From: Acanthaster planci
Taxonomy: Eukaryota
Direction of reading: 5' to 3'
Length of the DNA: 64,000 nucleotides
Assembly (NCBI RefSeq): GCF_001949145.1
Contig: NW_019091360.1
Location: 2,415,599-2,479,598, forward strand
The notes beneath the pieces were generated by a model. It ran no database searches. It saw nothing but the letters and a program-made list of their open reading frames with translations, and had not been told where the DNA came from. Made by a program: the position numbers and the translations under genes. Shown here one piece after another: positions 26,501 through 36,800 of this stretch (position 1 is the stretch's first letter; each line of letters starts with the position of its first letter).

Positions 26501-26636
26501 TTTTGTGTTGCTCATTTTGCTTTTAGCCGAAGCACCAGAGGAAAGCAAAGGAACAAAGCGCCCTCTAGATGAACCAGAGGAACAGTCAGAGGAGACACCT
26601 GCCAAACAGATCAAGACTGGAGAGGAGACTAGTTAG
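14551..26636 (+). CDS. SSB: Lupus La protein (La/SSB, LARP3): La motif + RRM1 + RRM2 + C-terminal NLS, 420 aa, 12 coding exons
   Basis: Exons: 14551-14613, 15219-15288, 15870-15976, 17793-17894, 18354-18461, 19918-20018, 20918-20989, 21914-21956, 22774-22914, 24425-24614, 25815-25970, 26527-26636 (1263 nt, frame intact). La motif [21 protein letters not shown]...[17 protein letters not shown]1 SVYCKGFP...[13 protein letters not shown]2 SREDLKEFF...[15 protein letters not shown]; basic region [10 protein letters not shown]; bipartite NLS KRPLDE...PAKQIK. Confidence 0.95.
15289..15869 (+). other. U12-type (minor spliceosome) GT-AG intron within the La motif
   Basis: Donor GTATCCTAAT (U12 consensus RTATCCTT). 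Branch-like TTTCCTTAGC at 15848-15857, with the A 14 nt before the 3' end. No polypyrimidine tract. Splicing restores the conserved DDG-W-VPL (T|GG). Confidence 0.8.
15807..15848 (-). ncRNA. Degenerate minimal type-I hammerhead ribozyme motif in a Penelope-derived remnant
   Basis: Minus strand reads ACTT-CTGATGA-CGGACAGAGCACACTGCCA-AAAA-CGTC-AAGT, with the catalytic GAAA changed to AAAA. The flank at 15750-15806 resembles the flank of the copy at 42536-42605. Confidence 0.55.
16880..17165 (+). repeat. Dispersed unclassified repeat, shared with ~57815-58110
   Basis: Colinear matches in both places: GTTAATTCACAGAAC, TTTCTGTGTTCAT, AATTTGAGGTTG, TTACCACACGATACA, TTGGCCAGTTTGC, GAAATTTTTACATAGATTAAG. 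Confidence 0.7.
18808..19285. mobile_element. hAT-superfamily MITE inserted into a tRNA-derived SINE
   Basis: Termini TAGGGCTG...CAGCCCTA. Perfect 8-bp TSD CTAGTGCA (18800-18807 and 19286-19293). The flanks rejoin into the SINE seen at 9450-9715. Confidence 0.88.
20680..20754 (+). ncRNA. Box C/D snoRNA, SNORD110 (HBII-55)-like, copy 1 (La coding intron 6)
   Basis: Terminal stem CATGC/GCATG; box C GTGATGA (20686-20692); guide CAATCTGTCAATCC followed by D' CTGA; C' GTGATG; box D CTGA (20746-20749). The guide is complementary to conserved 18S rRNA GGAUUGACAGAUUG. Confidence 0.88.
21259..21331 (+). ncRNA. Box C/D snoRNA, SNORD110-like, copy 2 (La coding intron 7)
   Basis: TTGCA-GTGATGA ... ATCTGTCAATCCA-CTGA ... 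CAGTGATGA ... CTGA-GCAA. Terminal stem TTGC/GCAA. Perfect 12-nt 18S guide. Confidence 0.9.
22016..22091 (+). ncRNA. Box C/D snoRNA, SNORD110-like, copy 3 (La coding intron 8), guide with one mismatch
   Basis: TTGCA-TTGATGA ... AATCAGTCAATCCA-CTGA ... CAGTGATGA ... CTGA-GCAA. Terminal stem TTGC/GCAA. Confidence 0.8.
22140..22534. mobile_element. Unclassified MITE-like element with (A)TGTGACC...GGTCACA termini, containing a tRNA-like SINE head
   Basis: Ends AATGTGACC and GGTCACAAAT, the same terminal motif as the 61801-63643 element. Internal AGTTGGTAGAGC...GGTTCAAATC at ~22337-22385. Confidence 0.4.
23174..23790. mobile_element. piggyBac-like non-autonomous element (MITE), family A copy 1
   Basis: TTAA|CCACTTGCTGCCGGG ... 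CCCTGGCTGTTAGTGG|TTAA, with a duplicated left terminus at 23198. The body is homologous to the copies at 24848, 46694 and 61957. A decayed copy follows at ~23815-24160. Confidence 0.85.
24679..24851. mobile_element. Short piggyBac-like MITE, family B
   Basis: TTAA|CCCCTTCAGCCCGGG ... CCTGGCGTGAAAGGG|TTAA. Shares its right TTAA with the adjacent family A copy. Confidence 0.7.
24848..25425. mobile_element. piggyBac-like MITE, family A copy
   Basis: TTAA|ACACATCGCACCAGG ... CCCCGGTGGCAAGTGG|TTAA. Internal CAGCCAGGCCTGC, AGAGCCCAGATTGTG and CCCAGCAGCCTGGTCTTTTGTT are shared with the other copies. Confidence 0.85.
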
Positions 26637-27482
26637 AGCAGATTGCCAAGTAGCCTTCTTTTTAAGCTGCAAAATGCATTCATAAACTCACTCCAATTTA
26701 TGTTTCTCTTGTTTGTACAGGCCCATATTGTTTCAACCTTTGATTTTAATTACTGTAGATACAAACAAATTCTTTGCTTGAGAGAGGGAGTAGACACTTG
26801 TTTTTTTAATTATTAATCTACAACTATTTTCCCACTTGGTCACAATTTGCCAAGGATTAGCATGTTAGACTCAATGATTTACTATTTTGTGAGGTTTGCC
26901 ATACTTAGGAAATGATATTTGTGTTTAGATATCATGCTATAAATGCTTCATTGGTTTGCCAGTGATATACTGGCTTGCTGGACAGATTAAGTATGGTACT
27001 GGTAAAAAAACTTGCCAAGTTGATGGGTTAAGTTGTTTCCATCAGGAGCAGTGGTTGGACCACCTGATCTGCTTGTGACAAGTGCGTACTTGTAAACATG
27101 TATTTAGTGTTTTGAGTTATTGGTTTACTTGGTTTACTTAGGAGGCACACTCCGCTTGTCATTGCCTGTCTGGCTGGTTTGCTCACTGATAGGTGGACTA
27201 GCTATGTGGCTGATTGAATGGCTTCAGCTGTGGCCTCCTGATCGCAAATACTCTTTTTGCGGGGCATACCCACTTGGCTGAACAGCTGAATGGCTTGAAT
27301 TTTTTTACTATTCCAAGCAGTAGCCAGCCAAGTCTCTGGTGTATTGTTAAAGATTTATTTGGTGTCTCAGATCAGCCAATAAACTCGTTTAATTTCAACC
27401 CAGTGAAGCTGGACAAAGCTGGACAATAGACACACTGGTTGAATTTTTAGTATAGTTTACACTAATAGTGCACAAAAATTTA

Positions 27483-27704
27483 TGGGGTAGCGCGGACATC
27501 CTGGAGTTTTGCAAAATTGCAGGTAGCAAGCACACCGCGCCGATGAAAACAACTGGAATGAGTCCGTGTATGTCCTGATGAAAGAAAAGATTGTGTAACC
27601 CGATCCTCGGACTGGCCTGTGTGTGTGTACATCACCATAGTCGCTGTTTTTACTGGTGCGGTACCTGCCATTTTGCCAGGATCCCGGATGTCCACACTGC
27701 CCCA
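27483..27704. mobile_element. Fold-back MITE with ~50-bp imperfect TIRs and TA flanks (Tc1/mariner-like)
   Basis: TA|TGGGGTAGCGCGGACATCCTGGAGTTTTGCAAAATTGCAGGTA ... TACCTGCCATTTTGCCAGGATCCCGGATGTCCACACTGCCCCA|TA. Confidence 0.7.
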
Positions 27705-29179
27705 TAACTTGGTCGTTACTGTCATTGATTTGGCTTGAAAATGTGGTTGAAGATCTTTTTATACGAAAGACGGATGTGTGAATAACAGCATTTAGCTGTT
27801 GGATTTTTTGTCTTTTTTTAAAGTTCTACTTTTGATAACTGCTGATAAAAAGCTGATGATGTCTGAGTTCTGTGTTCACCCTCTCTAGTAATTAATTGGG
27901 CATGCTGTACATGATACACAAGTATTGAGACTTGCAGTTTACACTGAGGAAGATGGTTTCATGATTTTTCCTTTAAGGAAGATTTTGAGTTTATTTAATT
28001 TGTCTTCTATTAAACTCAAAAGTTGAAAACTTCAGACACCCAACTTAGGATATCTGAGGTTTTTCCTTCAGATAAGAACAGAAAAGAAACCAGCCAAACT
28101 GTGGTAACACTCATATATGGTGATGTCCATAATGATATCTTGCTCTTTTCCAGGGAATTTTTTTCCATGTTTTCTCCTGCCATCTGCTGCTATGTAATGG
28201 CTTTAGTTTGGGGCTTATTTACAAGTTTCTGTTGCATTATTTGGTTTACTGTGAATTGAGCTATGAGATTTGGAGACATACTTTTCCATTCAACGTTTTC
28301 CTCTTACGTTTATATGAAATTAAAGGTCAAGATGACTACTGGAAACATCCTTTAGATTTTTTTAATAAAAGAGACATGTATATGATGTCACGGTATTGCC
28401 GTTATTTTGTCAAATGTTTGAGTCAGACAAGCGTATTTCAATATCCATTGTTTCACGTTTCAGGAATTTGTTGTAGTATGAGATGGTGGTGCAGATAACA
28501 GGTATGATTGAAGTAACACTGATACATATAGCCCCAAAATGCGTCCAACAATGGCTGAAGTATATATGACGTTTGTGGACACGCTCAGAAGAAGAATTGA
28601 AGTAACCATAGAATGAAATGTGACCCTTCTCTTTAAAATTAAAAACAAATGTAAAAATGCATGTCACTTCAGATTGTCTGTTTCATTTCATTTTCAAAAT
28701 TACTGCCGATTTCTTCCTTTACCAAGGGAATAAACGAGTGCTTGGTCGGTTTTAAGCGTCATTTAAGACATCAGAATGGATGGTGTTTATGGCCCAAGCA
28801 CACGACAAGGGGCATTATCAGTGTCCAGTCCTGAGTCAGTCCCGAGTATTTATGACCGGCCAAGCACATATTTGTTCCCATTTATGAGTCGGGAAAGTTA
28901 AAACAACCTTTGAAAAATTATAAATTTCCAACGATTGTGTTCAATAATTTACTTTTTTAATCAAATGTCCCTGTAACCGTGTTATGGTATGTACCGTCCG
29001 CAAGCCGGTTCTTTGTCAACCGTTTTAGACCGGCGACGTGTAGGGCAGGGTTGTAATTTTGTAGCCATAGTCCCCCCCCCCGTTAACATAGGCGTGTTGC
29101 ACGTACGTGTAGTCATAATTTCTAGACATTAGTGCTTGAAAGCGGACACCGTGCATAGTGCGCCCCCTAACGACTCATA

Positions 29180-29567
29180 GGTCGAGTTCGGTCCGTTCTT
29201 GACACGGGTTGCGTGTTCTCGCGCTCGAACGGCGAGAACACGACCCAAGGACACTGTTCTCGGAACAGGATTACACACCACCGCCTCGTCAGGTTTTTAC
29301 ACGAACACAAGGAAAAACTCGTGAGATTTGATTTTTGGACAGCCGCAAAAGTATCGATATGGCTTTACAAAGCCGAAGACAATAGAAAGTTTTGCAAAAT
29401 TAACATTAATAATTTTCCATGACAGAAATGAATTTTTAAATGGAAAATAAGTTAGCCCAGTTATCCAACATTAATTCCCATACATTCCCGGCGTTCGAGT
29501 GACCGACCCGCGAACAACAAATCAAGCTGTTCGTGAACGAACGAGAACAAGCCGCCCGAACTCAGCC
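29180..29567. mobile_element. Candidate MITE (PIF/Harbinger-like termini)
   Basis: Imperfect TIR GGTCGAGTTCGG ... CCGAACTCAGCC with subterminal CGAGAAC/GTTCTCG repeats. TSD unclear. Confidence 0.45.
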
Positions 29568-31959
29568 ATTATTAGACCGTGCGCCAGCTCGCACTACTGA
29601 GAGTAAGTGAGAGTAAGTAAAAAGTAGTTGTGCGAGGGCGCTCGTCATCAGAAATAAAACAACAATCGATCACTGACGTCTTGGGCCAAGACTAACATAC
29701 GTGTAGCATAACGAATAGCGCGTGTTCGAACGTGCTATTACTCTGAATCTAGTACAGGCAAAGCGTGCGCATTACTCTCCGACCAAGAGTTCAGTTGTGC
29801 TAAGCCGCGAGTCATCCTCCCGTGCGTACGCTCAAATGTACATGTATGTTTGTGTTAACATCAGTGGCTCGTACTCGTGTAGGGCAGGTCCTAGATATTA
29901 TGATTTTTGTATGTTGAAGCCCAGCCGCTGATTGGTAAAAGGCAGTGATCACTGGCACACAGGCCCCTCCCACTGGCGTTGCAAAATGAACTTTTAACCA
30001 ATGAATATCGTGCATCCTTATATGGCATTGGAGCCAATCCACAGTCCGTGTCCAAATTTCTTGGCTGTACCTTCAATTCACACGCGACTCTATGGGAAGT
30101 GGATGCAGCCACTACAAGAAACTCGTGTGAAAATTGAAGCCGTAGCCCTGAAATTTGGACATGATCTGTGTGCATGAAAAGTAGGGCGTTCTAAGTTGTA
30201 AATACATACTTGATTTTTTTTAAACTGACTTAATCTCATATTTACAATTTTGGCCAAGTTTGATAAATACGGTTATCATCAAAATTTAAACGTGCAGTTA
30301 ACTTTTTGATTTGAAAAATACAAATATGCAGGGTGCAATGATATAAGATAGCAACTAATCTCCCCATGGATATTGCACAGGGACCAAGGTATCCTTCCGC
30401 CCAACCTGTCGCCTGCGCTCAGCAAATTTACCGCAGTTTTGTTGGCGCTTTTTTCATTCCGCTGTTAGAATTCGACTGGAATGGACTGACGGTCATTGTG
30501 TTCTGCATTTTACTCACAAATTCTCTCCATTTTCGGTCTCAAGAAGTTTGCGCTGAGCTCAAGTGGTTAAAGGATCGTCCTGTTTTGGATGTTTATAACA
30601 ACTTGCCTGTAATAGAGCAGTTCCTCAGTGCAGTACAAGAGAAAGTGGAGACCGCGCCTGGACGTACCTTGCTATTTTTCTTCGCCTGCACTGCAAGGGA
30701 GAACATTGACCAGCTCTTGGACTTCAAAACTGACACGGAAAACTACGGTCCTTGAGCTCTGTTGTATTTGTGACTCCTCTTATCGTCTTGAAAGTAAGTT
30801 TCACTTGAAAGGAAAAGACCTAAAATGCCCTCTTCCACGCGTCAGTTTTCCTGTAAGATTGTCAAGAAAATCCTTCTAGATTCATCATCATCATGTTCAC
30901 GTTCACTTCATTACTGACCACTTCAAGTCAGAATTTAAGATGAACAACGAAAGTACACTCCTGCTAGAAACATTTTGGAGAGAACCATCGACTTTTATGT
31001 CTAAAGAGGCTACCTTGGTGGCAAAAAGTGGACTTGCAGTCGTCACGAAGGCTAGAATTTTGTGACTTGTAAAACAATTCGTAGTTAGCCTTGACCTGTA
31101 CCGTGCATTTTAGACAGCTAATTACTTCTGTGAACAAAACTGAGAATTTACTGTTATTGTCGAATGATCTGAATGGCGCTAAGTGTGTGTTTTGGAGGAA
31201 GCGACGACTTTTGATAAACAAGGTTTGAATTCAACATCGGTAAGTCAATAATTCTCGCTCGCACGAGCGGATTCGTGCCAGAGGTGAGTGAAGTATTTAA
31301 CTATTCCCCAGCCCACCCGCCACCATAAAATGCGCCTGCGTGTATTAATTTTCCAAGAGAACTATCCAGAGCCCGTCGTCCCAGAGTATCTTGATATTAA
31401 TTAACTAACATTGTCGGAAGCTGTTATTTCCACTTACTGCCTGCGTTTCGTTCATAAATTTACTTGTAAAATCAATGAAACTTTCAGCTATAGGACTATT
31501 TAGCATTCTTACACTTTTGCGATATACTGTCAATCAGGTCAAACTGCTGTGCGTCACTCGCAGCAGAGGCGTTGACAGTATCTTGAGTGACCGGTTGCTT
31601 TTACAGCCAAAATGACAGCTTTCTATTTTTTTCTGTTATTTGTAATTACTAACGTTATCTCTTAAATACAGCACAAGAACGGGGTCACCAGATTAATATG
31701 AAACTTTATGCAATTAAATAGTTGGCATTTGTAACTTCGATAGTATTTTGACACTCATGTATACATCATGAAATACGCTCATGTTGTTGCGAAGAAGTTG
31801 TAACTTTTAGCTCATTATGAGCACTTACGATTTATATTATTTTTGACACTTGTGTGGGTCAAGGATTTTTGTAAGGAGGATTGTTTATAGGCTCAGTCCT
31901 AGAAAATGACCCGAAATGGACTGTGTGTTTATATCCAGTAATATAAGTCATTTTTGAAG

Positions 31960-34900
31960 AGAATTATACCTCAAACGGCCGCCTGTTTATATCTAGGCCT
32001 AGTATGTCGCTTTTGAACAGATTGATACCAAAAAAGTCCACCTGTTTATGTTCAATAATAGCTATATAACTACAGAGCAGATTGGTACCTGGAAAGACCG
32101 TCTGTTTATGTAGTGAAAACGAGGTCAACATACAACAGATTAACACCCAAAAGGGCAATAGTTATTTTCTAGTTACTTAAGTCCACCATTGACAAAATTG
32201 ATAACAGAAATGGGCCTTCTTACATTTGATCGTGTAATGTCTCTATTCCACTAAACGCCTGTTGATATCTATCCATTCAAGAGAACGGAGGGGCCGTCTG
32301 TTTATGACCCTTTTTGTAATATTGATTTATTACTGAACAGATTGATACCCAAAAGGGCCGTCTGTTTGCATCATAGTAACAGAGTGGATTGAAAAGGGAC
32401 CATCTTGTTATGCCTAGGCCTAGTACTATATGTATAAGATTACCATAAAACAGATTAATATACCCGGCATGGGCCGTCTGTTTTTAGTTTAGTAGGCTAA
32501 TAGTAATACAAAGTCACTATTGAATAGATTGATACCCGAAAGGGCCGTCTATATTCAAGGCTAGTAATACAGAGTCACCTTTGAATAGCTTGATACAAGT
32601 ACCAGTACGCGAAAGGTCCGTCTGTTTAAATCTACGCATACAAGATCAACGTTTAACAGAATCATACCTGAATAGGTTATTTGTTTCTAAAAGCTCGCCA
32701 TTGAGCATATCGATACCTGAAAGGGCAGCCTCCTTACACCTAGGCCTAGATATACAAGGTCACTTTTGATTCCACAAAAGGGTAGGCTATGTGTTTATAT
32801 CTAGTGGTAGAAGCTTACAATTGAACAGACTAATACTCAAAGGGTCGTCCGTATATGACTAGTGAAGACAAGATCACCATTGAACAAATTTGTCATGTTC
32901 CTGAAAGGGCTGTCTGTTTATATCAAGGCCCAGTACTACTGAACAAATTGATACTCGATAGGGCTGTGTGCTTTATACATTTTGGTCTAGTAACTAATAC
33001 AACTATTTAACAGACTGATACCAGTTGTTTGTATCTAGATCTAGAAATACAGGGTTACTATTGAACAAAATGACACCTTAAAGGGCCTTATTCCGTGTGT
33101 ATGTGTGCCTATAGTAGAATGTGAGGTCACTTTTCACCGATTTATACCCGAAAGGGTCGTCTGAATACAGTTATACGATGTCTTCTTTAACAGAATGGTA
33201 CACGAAGGGGCCGGTTTTTTTATATCACGGCCTTTTGTAATAATATCACTACTGAGCAGACTGATACCCGAAAGGGCCGTCTGCCTATATTTAGGTATAG
33301 TACTTAATGGCTACTATTGAATAATAATGCCTGGAATGGGCCATCTTTATTTATCTAGTAATACGCTATCACTTTTGAAAGGGCCCCTCTTTGTATCTAG
33401 GCCTGGTAATACAAAGACACCATTCATCAGATTGATACCTCAAAGGGCTGTCTGTACATATCCAAGTCTAGTAATACCAAGTCACTTTTAATGAGCATGC
33501 TGATACCAGAAAAGGACGTATGTTGGTATGGAGCAATATAAATATGAGCTTTACCCTTTAATAGATTGATACCAAAAGGTCCGTCTGTTCAAATCTACAC
33601 CCATGCACGAGGTCACTATTGAACAGAATGATACCTGAAAAAGCTGTTTGTTTCTATTTAGTAACAAAAGCTCCCAATTAAACCCCTCTTTATGCCTAGG
33701 CCTAGATATACAAGGTCATTTTTAAGTAACTGATTCCAGAAAAGGCCATCTATTCATATCTTGTGACAGAATCTATCTACTGAACAGATTGATACCCGAA
33801 AGGGTCGTCTGTTCCTGAACACAAGATCACCATTGAATGAATTTATTCCCGAAAGGGCGGTCTGTTTATATCAAAGCCAAGTGCTGTAAGGTCACTACTC
33901 AACAGAGTGATACTCGAAAGGATTTTCTACTTATTATTTAGGTGTAGTTACGACTGTTAATAGATTAATACCCGAGATGGGCCGCGTGTTTGTATCTAGG
34001 TCTAGTAATACGAAGTTACTATTCAGTTACTAAATTTACTAAAAGCAAGGTCGCTTTTCAACAGATTGATATCCGAAATGGTCGTCTGTTTGTATCCAGT
34101 AAGACAGTGCCTTTTTTAACAGAATGGTAGCCGAAAGGGTCGTTTTTATACCAAGGCCTAGTATAATAAGGTCACTACTGAACAAATTGATACCCAAAAT
34201 GGGCCATCTTATTTATCCAGTAATAAAGTGTCACTTTTGAGGAATAGTTACGTAAAGGGTGGGTCTTTTATATCTAGGCCTAGTAATACAAGGTCACTTC
34301 TCATACCCGAAAGGGTCGTCTGTAAATATCTTGCCCTAGTAATACTAAGTCACTTTTTATGAAATCGATACCCGAAAGCGTCGTCTGTTTATTTCTAGGC
34401 CGATATGATAATGCATGGTCTATTTATGTCTAGTGAAAATACGGTCGCCATTGAACAGATTTATTCGCGAAAGCACTGTCTGTTTCTACCAAGGTCTAGT
34501 TTTATAAGGTCACTGCTAAACAGATTAATACCCGAAAGGGCTGTTTACTTATAATTTATAGGCCTAGTAATAAAGATTTCTGTTCAACAAACTGATACCC
34601 GACGTGTGCCTTCTGTTTGTATCAAGTACTACAGAGTTACTTTTTAACAAAATGGCAGGCCACTTGTATCGGTGACTATTGAACAGACTGATACCCCGAA
34701 AAGGGCCATCTGTTCGCCTAGCAATGAAAGGTCACCGTGTATTGAACAGATTGATTCTTATATTTAGTAATACAGCGCCACTTTTTAACAGAATGATACA
34801 TGAAAAACGTCTTTATATAGTAATATGAGCTCACCATTGAACTCGTTGTAACCCAGAATGAGTTTCTTTACGTGTATATCGAAGCCTATATTAAAGGTCA

Positions 34901-35850
34901 CTATTAGACAGATTGATGCCCGAAATGGCAATCTGGTTGCATCAAGGCCCGCTGTTATGGTCACTACTGACAAAGTGACACCCAAAAGGTCGTTTGTTTA
35001 TATTTAGGCCTCACATAGTAGATTGAACTCAGACAGGGCTGTTTATTCATATCGAGGCCTAGTATTATAAGGTTCCTACTGAGAATGATACCCAAAATGG
35101 CCATGTTTGTATGTAGGCCTAGCAATACGAGGTAATTGTCAAACAGATTGATTCTCAAAATGAGTCCTAATTATACAAGGCCTATATTGAACAGATTGAT
35201 AACCAAAAGACGAACTGATAAACGAGGACTTGATACAAAAAGACAAGCCTTTGCAGAAGAAGTTCACTAATGAACAGACTGATATCCCAAAAGCCGTCTG
35301 TTTATATCTAGGCCTAGTATTTACTGTGTCACTATAGGAAAGATTGATACGGGAAAAGAGCGTGGATATATAACTTTACTACTGAACAGATTGGTACCAT
35401 AAGGCCCGTCCCTTTGTATTCAAGCCAGGCCTAGTAGNNNNNNNNNNNNNNNNNNNNNNNNNNNNNNNNNNNNNNNNNNNNNNNNNNNNNNNNNNNNNNN
35501 NNNNNNNNNNNNNNNNNNNNNNNNNNNNNNNNNNNNNNNNNNNNNNNNNNNNNNNNNNNNNNNNNNNNNNNNNNNNNNNNNNNNNNNNNNNNNNNNNNNN
35601 NNNNNNNNNNNNNNNNNNNNNNNNNNNNNNNNNNNNNNNNCCTAGTACTAAAAGATCACTATATAATAGACTGATACTTGGAATTGGTAGTCTGCTTATT
35701 TCTAGACGTAGTAATACAACTTCATTAAAGGGCTGTCGGCTTGAATGTTGGCAAAGCACTATTCAAGATTGATATCCGAAAGGGCCGCATTACTTCCAAG
35801 GCCTAGCACTACAAGGTCACTGTTAAACAGGTTAAAATTTGACTGTCTGT
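31960..35850 (+). repeat. Degenerate ~60-bp tandem satellite with a hairpin-forming monomer and higher-order structure
   Basis: Consensus approximately TATTGAACAGAYTGATACCCGAAAGGGCCGTCTGTTTATATCTAGGCCTAGTAATACAAGGTCAC, recurring about every 55-70 bp (GATACC-like cores near 32024, 32084, 32344, 32531, 33263, 33791). Spans the N gap at 35438-35640. Confidence 0.92.
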
Positions 35851-35884
35851 TTGACGTGTGTGATAACAAGTCCCTTGATCTTCG

Positions 35885-36800
35885 ATTGGATTAGATGCAT
35901 TTGAAATTTGTACTAGATTAGGATTAGATTTTGATTAGATTTGATTGGATTAGATTAAAATCAGATTCAGATGAGACTAATATGAGTTGGAGACGAGATA
36001 AGCCTAGATTATATGAAATAACATCAGGAATTACATTATAGCATTAGATGAGTGTACAGTGAATTAGATATGGAATTTTCTGTATACTTGGTTGGGTTAG
36101 ATTAGATAATATGCATTGGACTGGAAAAACTGGATACAGTTGGATTCGTTCTGGGCTATGTTAGATTAAATATTATTATTTACATGTAATTATGAATATT
36201 AGGTTTGATGAGATATGAATGGATGAGATACGAATATATTCCATTGAATTAGATGGAATGATTAAATTAGGATTAGATTAGGATGAAGATGGGCATTTTG
36301 ATGAGACAGAACGGAAGTGGTATTACATGAGGTAGATCAATTTTAAAATTAGATGAGATTAGGAATGAGATTTCTTCATATTTACTTATAATTAGATAGA
36401 TTAGATTTGGATTTAATAAGGTAAAGATTAAAATGAAATTAAGATTAAATAAACTTAAGTTTAAGATTTGATGAGAGTAAGCTGGACGACATAAAATTGA
36501 ATTGGAATTCATGAGATCACATCGCATTACATTACATTACATTATTTTGAGTTAGATTGGGCCTAAATCCAGGATATCCTAAATTTAGGAAAAGATTTGA
36601 ATAGGATTTTGATTAGATTTGATTGGCTGCCATTGGATGAAATTACATTTGTTTGTATTAAATTAAGATTAAGGTGAGATTAAGATTAAAATATGTTAGA
36701 TTTGATCAGACAAATTAAGATGAAATGGATGAGAAGATATGAGATTGAATAGGATTAAATTCAAATTGATTTAATTTATCTTCATTTAATTCAATATAAT
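35885..36800 (+). repeat. Degenerate pentameric (GATTA/GATGA/GATTG)n microsatellite tract
   Basis: Runs such as GATTAGGATTAGATTTTGATTAGATTTGATTGGATTAGATT. Strongly C-poor on the + strand. Confidence 0.85.

Noticed and set aside
30366..31221. ORFs of 129, 83 and 85 aa as an extra gene
   Set aside because: No recognisable domain or consistent splice structure. Possibly TE debris; a BLASTX would settle it.
31960..35850. CRISPR array interpretation of the hairpin repeats
   Set aside because: Eukaryotic locus, no cas genes, degenerate repeats, and the intervening segments are homologous to each other rather than unique spacers.
31960..35850. Hammerhead retrozyme satellite
   Set aside because: CTGATA-CCCGAAAGGG resembles a core, but CUGAUGA is incomplete and no GAAA-stem III-NUH follows stem II.
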